Assembly: GCA_964016885.1 (NCBI GenBank)
Contig: OZ024742.1
Span: forward strand, 298,964,001-299,028,000
DNA from: Eledone cirrhosa
Taxonomy: Eukaryota
Reading direction: 5' to 3'
DNA: 64,000 nt
Shown: in pieces, positions 43,097 through 60,920 of the stretch
Position numbering within the stretch: the stretch's first letter is position 1
Layout: every line of letters begins with the position of its first letter
Made by a program: the position numbers and the translations under genes
Notes under the pieces: model-generated
Databases searched by the model: none
The model's input: the letters and a program-made list of their open reading frames with translations, nothing else
Told to the model about the DNA's origin: nothing

Positions 43097-43139
43097 ACAC
43101 CACTGACGATGTTGCAGATGTGCAACGAAAGATTTATGT
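43097..43139 (+). ncRNA. Minimal hammerhead motif in PLE 3' UTR (right arm)
   Basis: ACACCA CUGACGA U GUUGCA-GAUG-UGCAAC GAA AGAUUU A UG; 6-bp stem II, near-palindromic stem III, weak stem I. Confidence 0.65.
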
Positions 43140-43390
43140 AAATTATGTAAACTATATATATGTGTTTGTGTCTATATTGTATCTGTATTATTTTTGAGCG
43201 TCGGTCAGTCAATGGCAACATTGAGGACCGAGTAAGTTAGATCGCAGATATAAAAGACAGCGAGAAGCGAAAACCAACCAAACAGTGAGTGTGTTCTGTT
43301 ATTAATTCTGGCAATATTACGCAAATATGACCCTCCCCAAGTATAACAATATTTGTTTCGACACACGATTTCATTTAAAAAACCTCGCTA

Positions 43391-43475
<85 letters not shown>

Positions 43476-43495
43476 TATGTATATATATAATATAT

Positions 43496-45107
<1,612 letters not shown>

Positions 45108-45111
<4 letters not shown>

Positions 45112-45302
45112 GGAAAAGAAATTGAAAATGCAACTGGAGTTGTTTAAGAATAATATTTACCGATAAATAATCGATAAAGTAAATAAATAATTATTCTTAA
45201 AAGAATCCAGTTGCATTTTCAATTTCTTTTCCTTATACTTTCACCCTGTAGGACATCTCGTTTTTTTCTTTTGTTTTTTGTTTATCAAAATCCTCATTTT
45301 CT

Positions 45303-45310
<8 letters not shown>
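45108..45310 (+). mobile_element. Short (TA)n-flanked element with 5' inversion, homologous to 53181-53400
   Basis: 45108-45154 is inverted at 45190-45236; shares TCCAGTTGCATTTTC..TATACTTTCAC..TAGGA..CTCG with the 53.2-kb element. Confidence 0.7.
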
Positions 45311-45346
<36 letters not shown>

Positions 45347-45364
45347 CATATTATTATTATTATT

Positions 45365-45661
45365 ATTATTGTTGTTATTCCTTGAATCTCAGTCATTGAT
45401 GTTGGTTAACTGGAAAGTCCGTTGGATTGAATATCAAGCCACTACCTGCAGCCTCAGATATTCAGGACGTATCGGAGGGTTCTTGCTGTTCCAAGCAAGC
45501 ATGCCTTTTGAAGCGTTCCAAAAAGCGTGAAGGGGCCGATTTTCTTTAACCATCCCTGGAAACTTTTGGAGATAGTCCCCAGTGCGCCTATGACAATCGG
45601 GATCACTTTGACTTCATGGCAGTTCCAAATCCTTTTCACCTCCCACTTTAGGTCCTGGTAT
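45365..45661 (-). mobile_element. 3' fragment of the 33090 Dong-like family with (TAA)n tail
   Basis: WNCHEVKVIPIVIGALGTISKSFQGWLKKIGP..LQKACLLGTARTLRYVLNI; (TTA)n on the + strand at 45350-45370. Confidence 0.9.
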
Positions 45662-45686
45662 AAATATATATATATATATATATATA

Positions 45687-46355
45687 TGGAATAGAATGAA
45701 ACGAAATTTCATTTCTCACTCTTAGTACGTTTACAAACGAACAAACCGAGCATTATAATAAATGTTCGGTAAACCGATACGTGCATATATATATGTGTGT
45801 GCATGTATGTATATATATACATACTACTGTACGTCTGTATACATATATGTATACATACATACATACATACATACATACATACATACATACATACATACAT
45901 ACATACATACATACATACATACATACATTTAAGTAAGTGCCGTACTAAGAGTGAGAAATGAAATTTAGTTTCATTCTATTCCAATTATCGTTTTCGGTGT
46001 GCCCGGCCGACTGAACTCACTCGATATGCAAATTAGGCTGCTCAGCCATTAATATGCACAAGGAAAGTATATACTTTCAGACGTTCAACCATCTGGCAGG
46101 AAGGTATACGATGCTGACCATACCTAATAAGCTTGAAACTAGTACATGGTTCCTGTGTCAGTGTTGAACAAAAAGGTGACGTGGTTGCCTAAACACTGTA
46201 CGGCGTAATTCGGGCTGTTTGTTTGTTTACAAACAAACAAACCGAGCATTATAATAAATGTTCGGTAAACCGATACGTGCATATATATATATATGTGTGT
46301 GCATGTATGTATATATATATACATACTACTGTACGTCTGTATACATATATGTATG
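45687..46355. repeat. Composite repeat: 43-bp inverted repeat plus ~120-bp direct repeat between (TA)n runs
   Basis: 45687-45729 is inverted at 45941-45983; 45729-45850 is directly repeated from 46225; (CATA)n at ~45850-45928. Confidence 0.8.
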
Positions 46356-46373
46356 TACATATACATACATACT

Positions 46374-46410
<37 letters not shown>

Positions 46411-46412
<2 letters not shown>

Positions 46413-46696
46413 AAAATTAAAATAAAGGGTTGTCATGTCTGAGAGACATGCGCCATATCCACCGTAGAATAAGCTCAAAAATTAGATCCGAGCATTACAT
46501 ATCAACTAGAATAGATTGACATATATATATATATAAAATATATACATGAAACAATCACAGGGAATAATTTGTAAAGAATGTAAGCACACATAATGTGAGC
46601 ACATGTAATGCTCAGATCTATTCATTGGAATCTTTGTGCTTATTCTACAGTGGATATGGCGCATGTCTCTCAGACATGTAAACCCTTAATTGTAAT
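46411..46696. repeat. Foldback element with ~80-bp imperfect inverted arms between (TA)n runs
   Basis: AAGGGTTGTCATGTCTGAGAGACATGCGCCATATCCAC... (46425-46500) pairs with ...GTGGATATGGCGCATGTCTCTCAGACATGTAAACCCTT (46603-46687). Confidence 0.85.
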
Positions 46697-50965
<4,269 letters not shown>

Positions 50966-50994
50966 GTGTGCGATAGTCGGAGTGGTATCATTTT

Positions 50995-51164
50995 GTGTAT
51001 CATTTTACATGATATAACGTGCTTGTGACTGAGGTATTTTTGGTAATGTGTGTACATAGCATTGTGTCAGCTGCTATATTTATCATTGGATTTATAACAC
51101 CAAATGGTGTGAAATGTCATTGAATATATATGATATATATAAATTTATATTTAAAAAGAAAAAA

Positions 51165-51220
<56 letters not shown>

Positions 51221-51393
51221 TTTTTTTTTCTTTTTAAATATAAATTTATATATATCATATATATTCAATGACATTTCACACCATTTGGTGTTATAAATCC
51301 AATGATAAATATAGCAGCTGACACAATGCTATGTACACACATTACCAAAAATACCTCAGTCACAAGCACGTTATATCATGTAAAATGATACAC
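50995..51393. repeat. Palindrome of ~175-bp near-identical arms around a central (TA)n
   Basis: GTGTATCATTTTACATGATATAACG... (50995) is mirrored by ...CGTTATATCATGTAAAATGATACAC (51393); mirrored 60-aa ORFs 51092(-) and 51114(+). Confidence 0.95.
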
Positions 51394-51645
51394 TTAGGTT
51401 TTCTAGTGAATATGATTGCAGCATATAAACTTACGTTTGTATTATACAGAACAGTTGGCCACACAGAATATTAATATATATACAAAGGAGGGTCTTAGTC
51501 GAACATACAGTTCAGTTTCAACGTTGTTCACAATAATAATAAAAAATAAGGGAGTATCAAATAAATTGAATAAAAACACAAAACCGAATCTCAGTAATAG
51601 TTAAACAAAACTATAAGTAAATTGTGTGTATATGTGTATAAGTGC

Positions 51646-51729
<84 letters not shown>

Positions 51730-53034
51730 CACAGCAACGGTCAGGTTACATTCTTTGCAACCACAGCAGCAAAGCACACGATGAAAAAGCAACTACTAGC
51801 GTCATTGTATTACAATGAATTTTCAAAATTTTCGGAACTTTAATAAATTCATGGATTTGGGGAACGTTATTGTTACAAACCAAACAAAAAAAAAATAAAG
51901 AAGAAATAAAGAAATATAAGAGATCATGAGTAAAATAAGTCATACTTGATCACAGTCGTATTTTTAATATAACACGTTTAAAAACTGTTTCCTATTTACA
52001 TACATATATAATTCATGTACCGTGTCGAAACAAAAACTCAAACATTGCAGTAATCCTGAGATACCTTATCAGAGATACCTTCAGAGTAACATTTGGAGTT
52101 CGACAAAGTTGTTTCTCCATTTCTGGTGTTTTTCAACGTATTCTAAGAACATTTGGCGCAGGAGAAACTACATGATTACCAGACCTCCATTTCTAGCGGA
52201 GGAAGGACACTTTCCAACCTGTGTGTTGCTGACCACATTGACCTACTGGAAAGCAATGAACCAAAACTCCAGAACCTCACTACCGGAATGGAAAGAAGGT
52301 TAAATGTGAACTAAATGGAGATCAGAAATAACCAATATTTGGTTAATAGCTTTAACCAGAATTTAACATCCAACAACATGCTGAAAAAAAGGATACGTGA
52401 AGAAGTAAACAAAAGTAAATACAAAGGATCTAAATAAAGACAAGACTCGGACTAGCCTTCTCTGTAATGAGGAAATCATATAGAAAAGCAATTTCATTAG
52501 TTTACCCACGGATACAAATGTAGATACTTTCAGTAAATTCAAGTCCCCCTGTATAGGAGTGAAAGCAGGATATTTACATTCGACATGTTAGGAAGACACC
52601 AAACCACGAGATTATCAGCTTTGTCGGGCAGCAAGTCCATATATATGCAGACAAGTGTGAGCCACTCCATGCAACAGTAAAAAGACGAAAGCTCACCTGA
52701 TACGGACATGTATCCCTTCATGCAACTTTGTCCAAAACGTTTCTCAAAGGTATAGTTGAAGGAGTACGACGAAAGTACACACAAATATAGGAAGTCCTAG
52801 TCCGACAGCATCAAGGACTCTACAGGTTATAAAGAATCATTCTGTGTATAACGGGAGACAGAGATCAGTGGCGATCTTTTAATGTGGGATCCCAGAGACA
52901 GGCGGTGACAGCCATGAGAAAATGACTATATGTATTATATATTCAGCGTTAGCGATATTTATTTTCGGTTCAATTCTTCTCAACATATTAGTAGTGAGTG
53001 ACACAAAGGATATTATGCATATCTATCTATCAAT

Positions 53035-53187
<153 letters not shown>

Positions 53188-53320
53188 GTGAGGTTTTCTT
53201 TTACAAAATGAAAAATAACCGAGGTATCCTATACGAGTGAAAGTATAAAGAAAAAAAGATGAAATCGAAAATGCAACTGGAGTGTTATTTCTTTTTTAAA
53301 TATATATATTTATTTGGTTC

Positions 53321-53356
53321 CTTTACCGGTTTCGCAGTTCTTCTGCTTTTCAAAAG
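53321..53356 (-). ncRNA. Minimal hammerhead with U3-A8 compensatory core, in a (TA)n-tailed element (53181-53400)
   Basis: CUU UUGAAAA GCAG-AAGAA-CUGC GAA ACCGGU A AAG. Confidence 0.75.
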
Positions 53357-53453
53357 TAGAGTTGAAATGGAGGGTCTGTGGTTTTTCTCACATCTAATAT
53401 ATATATTATTGAATAAACAAGAGATATGAACACTAATATAAACATACATGTGT

Positions 53454-53552
<99 letters not shown>

Positions 53553-54505
53553 ATGGGGGTCTCTGCTACTCACCCTCTCTCTCCCTTCCTCCATCGTCCC
53601 ACACCGTGTGAAATTCTTTTCTCGCTCACTTTTCGCACGGCCAAGGTGTGTCTTTCGTCTTCTCGTCAATGATTCCCAAGTTCTTATGTTCACAGGAATC
53701 ACTGACTTGATTTTCTCATTTTTTCCTCTCTTTACGTTGCCTCACCATTCTTGTTTGTTTACCTGTCTCTCTTTCACCACCCAATTCTTTTTATCCCAAT
53801 AACTTATTTTAGTTATTGTTCGCGATAGCCTGAGGTATCTGATCTTTAATGCGAAGAAATACCTATGATGGCCAGAAGATCACTGGTGATGGATAGTCCT
53901 GGATTCTCTTTCTAAATTTTATTCATATGTATCACATTTGCAACAACACAGCATATATACATGTGTGAGCCTATGTATCTGTATTTGCGTGCAATATATT
54001 TTGTGTCATGCAGGATGATTATGTACAAAATACATGAACCGATAAGTAGTAAGTATATCTAATTTTGAAAATCAAACTCATCAGACATTCTAATATAGAA
54101 AATGCTATTTATGATGGCTTTATACAATGACCGCATGGAATCTAAGCTAATATCCTAACAATAATAATGTTCATAGAGAACTCTGTCGACAAAATTATCT
54201 AATAATAATAGAAATCAATATTTTAATCTATATTCATTTCCTTTCACATATCAAATCGTGATGTCTAACTGTTGATTTACACATTGTGCATATTGTCACT
54301 GAAAGACCAGCTCTATAATGAATAACTTATAATCTAAGATTTGAATTAAAGGCAAATTCAATAAAGATAATATATAACAATCAAACATATTAGAGTTCCT
54401 TTTATTACTTATTCCGAAGAACCGGTACAGTATCTATAAACATTTAGTCCCTATCCTTGCTAAGGACTTAGAAGTAACGCGATAAAATTGAGATGCATTC
54501 TAAAT

Positions 54506-54860
54506 AATTGTTTCTACTTTAGGCACAAGGCCAGCAATTACCTTACTGGTACTTTATTTCATCGACCCCGTAAGGATGAAAGGCAAAGTTAACCTCGGCG
54601 GGATTTGAACTCAGACTGTAAAGGGACGTAACTATGCTAGAAAGCATGGCCTCCAACCCTCTACCGATACTGCCATATACATTTCTAAATAATTGTTTCT
54701 ACGTTAGGCACAATGCCAGCAATTATCCAGTGTACTTTATTTTATCGACCCCGTAAGGATGAAAGGCAAAGTTAACCTCGGCGGGATTTGAACTCAGAGT
54801 GGCAAGGGCCGTAACTCTATACGTCAAAGCATGGCGTCCGACCCTCTACCAATACTGCCA
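54506..54860 (-). mobile_element. Two tandem SINE family A copies (54506-54675, 54691-54860)
   Basis: Each runs AATTGTTTCTAC...GGGATTTGAACTCAG...TACTGCCA and is preceded by CATT(T)CTAAAT. Confidence 0.88.
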
Positions 54861-55489
54861 AAATGGCAACAAATATACAAAATCATAGAAGGATACAGAT
54901 TCTGAATTCAATGACCCCACTTAATAGCATGCTAGCAATGCCTACTTTAACGAGATTTTACATAATGTCTACGTATTGGTTCTACTTGATTAGTTAAGAC
55001 ATTTGACCCTTCCATACGAATCACTAGATTCGTATATTATACATCGTATGAACTATTGTCTGGCAATGGTGTAATTAAGGAAGATATGAAAATTGAACGG
55101 TCGCACTTTAATTAAAGATACGATTTCCCATTTTTGAATTCGTCAATAAAATGGTTTACTTTTTCTTGAAAGACATGATTTGATACCTCATTGCTTTTTT
55201 AAATGAATTGAGTAGTAGGTTAATAAAAATCCACCAAACGTTGCTTGTTTAAATTGCAAACACTCGGTCTCGGTCTCCAGTATGAGGACACCTTCCCCCT
55301 TCTCTTTATCACATATGACTCGGTGAATCTGAATATAATCATATGCTCTAAATTTCAATTACTTTAGATCATACATACAATTACTTTAGATCATAAACAC
55401 AAGCTAAAAGGAAACATTTAATCAACTTTCGATGATTGAATAATTTGCTATCCACAAGAAATTGTAAGTCACATTTATACAAATTTTGC

Positions 55490-55830
55490 TGGAATAACGT
55501 TACTCGGTAAGGTGCGTAACGCGGAGATCAGTCAGAGGGTCGCTCCAGGTGGAGCCACTACTTCTCCAAATTGAGAGATCACAGCTCCGATTATATGGGT
55601 ATGTGGTTAGAGTGTTTTCGGAAACGCTGGACAGATTTTACGGGCAAAACCAACCGGCAGGAGACCTAGGGGTAGACCCCGAGCAAGATGGTTTGGATAA
55701 TATATCCATGGGCTTGGCTGGTCACGCTTGGGGATCCAGCCAGATCAGTTGGAGATGGTTGCTTTTGACACTGGAAGGAGTGTTTGAGGACTCTACCCCC
55801 ACCACCCTCTCATGAATAAGCGGGCAAAGA
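55490..55830 (+). mobile_element. Degraded RTE-clade LINE 3' remnant
   Basis: EPLLLQIERSQLRLYGYVVR, then in another frame KPTGRRPRGRPRARW. Confidence 0.7.
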
Positions 55831-56261
55831 AGAAGAACATTAGGAAAAAGAACAGTATTTGTATATATTGACATTTTAAATATATCATCTATATTTACAC
55901 CATCTACATTATTTACTAAAATATTCAAAATTTAAAATTGCAATAAAATAATTCTATAGCAAGCTATCGGTCCATACGTCATACGACATAGTCTCAATTG
56001 AAAAACTATTCATATAATTATTGATTCTCTGATTTATATTGTGTCTTTCACGATTTTACACATCATTGCTATTCTTAGTTACACATTCTATATAATATAG
56101 CGATATATTTAAAAAATAAGTATTGGGAATAGCAAACGAAGTAAAATTATGATTATGTTAAATTATGTGTAGACACGATAAACTTTACACGATTGCTCAC
56201 ACATTCATTGCTCGCACACTCACGCAGAGATTCATTCACTTATTACAAACATACACCCACA

Positions 56262-56325
<64 letters not shown>

Positions 56326-57529
56326 TATAAATATATATATATATATGGGGGGGGGGTCTTTGTTTATATATATGTATGCGTGTATGTATGAACATATATA
56401 TAATAATGATAATGGATAGCTTTCTGAGAAAGAGAACTCATTACACATGTACAGTATATATATATTCATTTTTAGGCTAAGTTATGTATGCACAAAGATG
56501 CCAACATATAGCGTGATTACGAATACATATGTATATTATGGATATCTATTGTATGTAATAAATTACAAGGGCTTCGAAAGAAAGTAAAAATTCCCAGACT
56601 CATTCGGTCTTAGCCAAGATTTATCATGTTCCACTAAGCTCACCATTCAAAAACCCAAGAATATATTTTGTCACCAATGTCAAAAGACAGAGAGAGAGAG
56701 AGAGTGAGAGAGAGTGAGAGAGATGTTAGTAATAACGAACCTAGGTAGAATATAAATAATTTAATTCGATCATTCGAGACCGAACTGGCGAAAAATGGCA
56801 GTTCCTACGTGTATGTAATAGAAGTTGTATTTTCAGTCAGCCATTTTGAATAGACGATATACAATGACGTTGAACAAGTAACATAATTAACCGCACATAC
56901 ATTTCCGATTAGTTAGAAAGGAACTCGTGTTGGCGTGTAGTTGATGCCTGACAAAGGGGATCCCTTTCAATGAATAAACAATTAAGAATCATTTCGTACA
57001 CGACACAGAAGTTCAGCTGTAGATGTTGACAATATATAGAATAGATTGGACCTCCGTCGGTTTAGATTATGAATGTTTCAGTTGTTTGATCAACTGACAC
57101 CCTTCTTATTTGGTATGTGATCAGGTCAGTCTAATGCCACCTGGAACTGTTACTCGTTAAAGCGGTCCCACCTGTGACCAGTCCAAAGGGAGTGCCTAAT
57201 CCTTGGAGACAAATTAGAAACATTAAGGCATCTCCTTCCCTCTATTATCTCTCAGAGGGCATTATGGAAGTCCTACACAAACAATACCACCACCTATGGG
57301 TAAATAAGGACTCTCAGTAGCCATAAAATGGACTGTTCATCACTAGCAACTCGTACTTTTAATTAGCTATCGAAAACATAGACTCTCCACAGATTCAGAC
57401 TAGGCTTCCAGTCCCTGGTTTAGCTGATCTTCCTCAAGATGCTACCTCATGTCGAAGAAGCTTTCAGCCAGGATATATACAGGCAAGCTGATTTCTATAG
57501 AGTAGATAGTAGATTAACACCTCTGCTAA

Positions 57530-57850
57530 AATGCAAACATTAAGCTCACTTTAGCACACTCAATGTTAAAACACTTGGTCCACTTGGTAGACATGATGAG
57601 CTTGTAATGAGTGCAAAACCCAATGCTATTGACACCAACAGTCTATAAGAGCATAGGCATTTCCATCCTACATTAGCCCTTGGGTATACCAAATCTGACA
57701 ACTTCCAACTTGTCACTGCCTCAGCATGGACAAACTCCCAAATTCAACCATTGGGGGAGTAGCAGGCTTCTCTTGCTGAAGGCGTGTGAAAATCTGATTA
57801 ACATTGAAAAGATAGATAATAGAATCATGGTGGCAGAATTCACCCCAAAC
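57530..57850 (+). mobile_element. Degraded LINE AP-endonuclease remnant (RTE-like)
   Basis: STLNVKTL..GRHDELV..EHRHFH and NLINIEKIDNRIMVAEF fragments. Confidence 0.55.
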
Positions 57851-58599
57851 CTCAAATTTCCTTCATCACTAAAAGATTTTAAATCCGAGCTTGACCCACA
57901 GAATGTCCCTTTCACCTTCAACACCGAAACAAATCTAAATATGTGTGTGTGTCGCTGTGTCTGTGTGTGTTTAAGTCCCTTAACTAAACGATTCGACAAA
58001 ATTGAGATCAATAAAACAATTACAGACTTGCGGTTGATACGATCAACTACATCAAGGCCTTCCCTCAGTATAGCTCGAGTTCTTGAAACAGTCAATTACA
58101 CTCAAAGCACCCAAAGTCCGGAGATTCTATTAAATACAAAGTGTTTTAGAGCAACCACTTTCCGCGAAAGATAAAGAGCTGAGGCCGTTGTATGTTTTAT
58201 CATAACACAAGCAGTAGAAAAGTTGATGGCTGTCTTACAGGACCTATTAACACGACATTTATAAAGTTCAACAGATATCAAGTGTATCAACGAAATCCAA
58301 AAACACATTCCACTCGATTGACCAATGAATGACTTGTCTTGACCACTTATAAGATAATGTAGGAAAGATAGAGAGAGGATTGGGTTGAAAAAAGTGATAT
58401 TGATAAATTATGAACATATAGTTAACACTGGAAACATAAATATTGGTAAGAAATATGTGTGTGCGTACACGTATGGGTGTATGTATGTGTGTGTTTTGTG
58501 TGCGTGTGCGTGTGTATGCATGCGTATGTGTGTATGTGTGTTTACTCTTCTCGAAATATGTGCATTTCATTTTCTTTTGAGTTGATGTAAAATTTCATA

Positions 58600-58765
58600 G
58601 ATATGGCTGTGTGGTTGCAGATTGTGTTTCGCAACGACAGGGTATCGAGTTCAGTTCCAATTTGTGACACCTTGAGGAAGTGTATTCTACAAAACCTTCG
58701 AATCGACTAATGCCTTGTGAGTGAACTTTCGAAGACGGAATCTGTGCAGAAGCCCATCGTGTATC
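58600..58765 (+). mobile_element. Degenerate tRNA-derived SINE
   Basis: TGGCTGTGTGGTT head, GAGTTCAGTTCC B-box-like motif, CACCTTGAGGAAGTGT core. Confidence 0.55.
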
Positions 58766-58789
58766 CATTATATATATATATATATATAT

Positions 58790-58970
58790 AAGCTTTCACC
58801 GTATTTTTTTACTAAAGAAATTTTAGCCTGATAGTGGGGTTTAGAACCCTCAGAGAAATGGAAAAAGATGAGTATTGACGTCAATACTCATCTTTTTCCA
58901 TTTCTCTGAGGGTTTTAAACCCCCACTATCAGGCTAAAATTTCTTTACTAAAAAAATACCGTGAAAGCTT
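58790..58970. repeat. Loop-less 181-bp palindrome between (TA)n runs
   Basis: Centre GACGTC (58877-58882); AAGCTTTCAC...GTGAAAGCTT ends; the right side continues ~55 nt to (TA)n. Confidence 0.93.
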
Positions 58971-59051
58971 CTATTTTCTAATTCCAAACTCGCTTGCTGT
59001 TTCAAAACATACTTACTTATATATATATATATATTCACACATATATTTACA

Positions 59052-59133
<82 letters not shown>

Positions 59134-59889
59134 TGTACACACATATACATGCATACATATATACATACATAGATACATAATACATATTGTATGTACTATG
59201 TATGCATAGGTGCATGTGTACGTGTGTGTGTTTAAGTCTAGCTTTTATTGATGTCCTGTAAGTTAATCCGACAAAGAAGAGATCACTAAAATAAGTGTCA
59301 GACCTGAAAAATGTAAGTATTGTTGTCGTTATAATTGAGTATCGCCTCATTCTAATAACTGGAACTAGTGAAAGAATAAGAACAATATGTGCTGATTTGA
59401 AATACAATATCTAATATATTGTTACTAAAAACTTACCAATACATTTTGACTATAATGTTTCATAAGAAGAGTTCAATGAAAGACTTACCTGAAAATGATA
59501 AAAGAAAATAAATGACCGTATAAGTAAACTGAGGGATGAAAATGGAAAATATCAAACATTATTACAAAAGTCAACCAATTATTACAAAAGTCAAATGGTG
59601 TGCGCCATAAGATGAGTGTGCAATATGCGATGAAATTTATACTATAGCGAAGGTTAGAAACTTTAATATATTTTATAGTAGATGTATTACATTGATAAAA
59701 AATGGAAATAATATAGTTGATGAGAAACAAGATAACACTTGGGTCTGAACTTATCCAACTATATATCTGGTGTCGAGAGATGAAGATGTATTTTCACGCA
59801 TCTGCTTCGATTATTATTATATACTAGATCAACTATAAACTAATGGTGACGTTTTGTATATTCAACTGTAAATTATTATATATATAGAA

Positions 59890-59984
59890 CTTAACGTTAC
59901 CTTTCATCCTTACGGGGTCGATAAAATAAAGTACCAGTAATGCACTGGTATAATTGTTGGCCTTGTGCCAAAAGTAAAAACAAT
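59890..59984 (+). mobile_element. 5'-truncated SINE family A
   Basis: CCTTTCATCCTTACGGGGTCGATAAAATAAAGTACCAG...; TTATATATATAGAACT occurs on both sides (TSD-like). Confidence 0.8.
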
Positions 59985-60559
59985 TATATATATAGAACTG
60001 TTACACTCTGCGTTCATATTTAATCATGATTAACAGCAGATGAAATGAAATCCGGCCTTTTCAAGAGGGCCACTATTCTTCTATTTAGATGTGAAGCATT
60101 TTACAAATGAAGATGCACTCACGATTTATCCTTTCTTATCCAATGTAGGTTTACATACACGTTCCTCATTCAATTCTCTATATAGAGTGTATATGATTCA
60201 GTCAATTACTGGAGGTGGTACCAAAATGAGCACTCGATGCACAGGCAGAGTGCATATATTAAGAAAAACGACGAAGTTTCGTTTACATATAGTTAGTGTT
60301 TTATTTGTACCAACCTATTACGCGCGTTTAGCGATGGAGCGGCTCAGGGTCGACCATAGAAATTATGGAACCGACTCTATTATCGATCTGGCGATTCAAC
60401 AAATAATACTCTATTTTTTTTTAATCGCCTGTTTGAAGAGCAGATCGATATTGGAGTCGTATCCATCACACCTATGGGTGAAGCTGAGCTGTCCTCTGCG
60501 AAACGCATGTAACAAAACAGAAATGCAAGAAATAAATAGACAAAGGAATATTACCTTTA

Positions 60560-60920
60560 GCAAAGACAATGTGAAGGATTATGTAGCCTATGTACCAAAC
60601 TGGAATCAATGGAATTTGTTTGGAGAGATGTGTATATTTTTCTTTTTGCTGGAAGGAACGTTGCCGACGTAACAAAAATGATGGAAGAAGAGGTTTCAAA
60701 CTATCAAAATCACCTGGTTATCTATATCTAAAGATTTGAGACATTGTGAAAACACCATACCAACATGTCTGCGGCCTGGATGGACCTTAAGAAGGCATAT
60801 TATATAGTACCTCATTATTGAATGCCTGCAGTGTTTTGGTATTGCTGACAACATCATGAATTGTCATCTGGGTAGTATGCCAGTGTGGATGACTAAGTTA
60901 TACTCGAGCAATGTAGCAGT
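60560..60920 (+). mobile_element. Degraded R4-like reverse-transcriptase remnant
   Basis: HTNMSAAWMDLKKAYYIVPH (cf. WxDxxKAYDSVPH). Confidence 0.6.

Larger units (their letters stand above)
41516..43393. mobile_element. Head-to-head Penelope-like element pair forming a ~1.84-kb palindrome between (TA)n runs
   Basis: 41516-42428 is the reverse complement of 42438-43352 with few mismatches and a 9-nt loop; the right arm continues ~40 nt further to (TA)n. Confidence 0.93.

Noticed and set aside
42750-43393. SECIS element in the PLE 3' region
   Set aside because: No AUGA..AA..GA arrangement with a paired helix II was found by eye; a dedicated search is needed.
46118-46150. CCAUAC CUAAUAA GCUU GAAACUAGUA CAUGG as a hammerhead
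   Set aside because: Two core G-to-A changes and essentially no stem II.
51085-51125. ACACC-AAAU-GGUGU GAAA UGUCAU in the palindrome arm as a hammerhead
   Set aside because: No recognisable CUGANGA upstream and no stem I.
60091-60672. 193-aa ORF as a host gene
   Set aside because: No recognisable domain, a GTG start, and its 3' part overlaps a degraded RT remnant.
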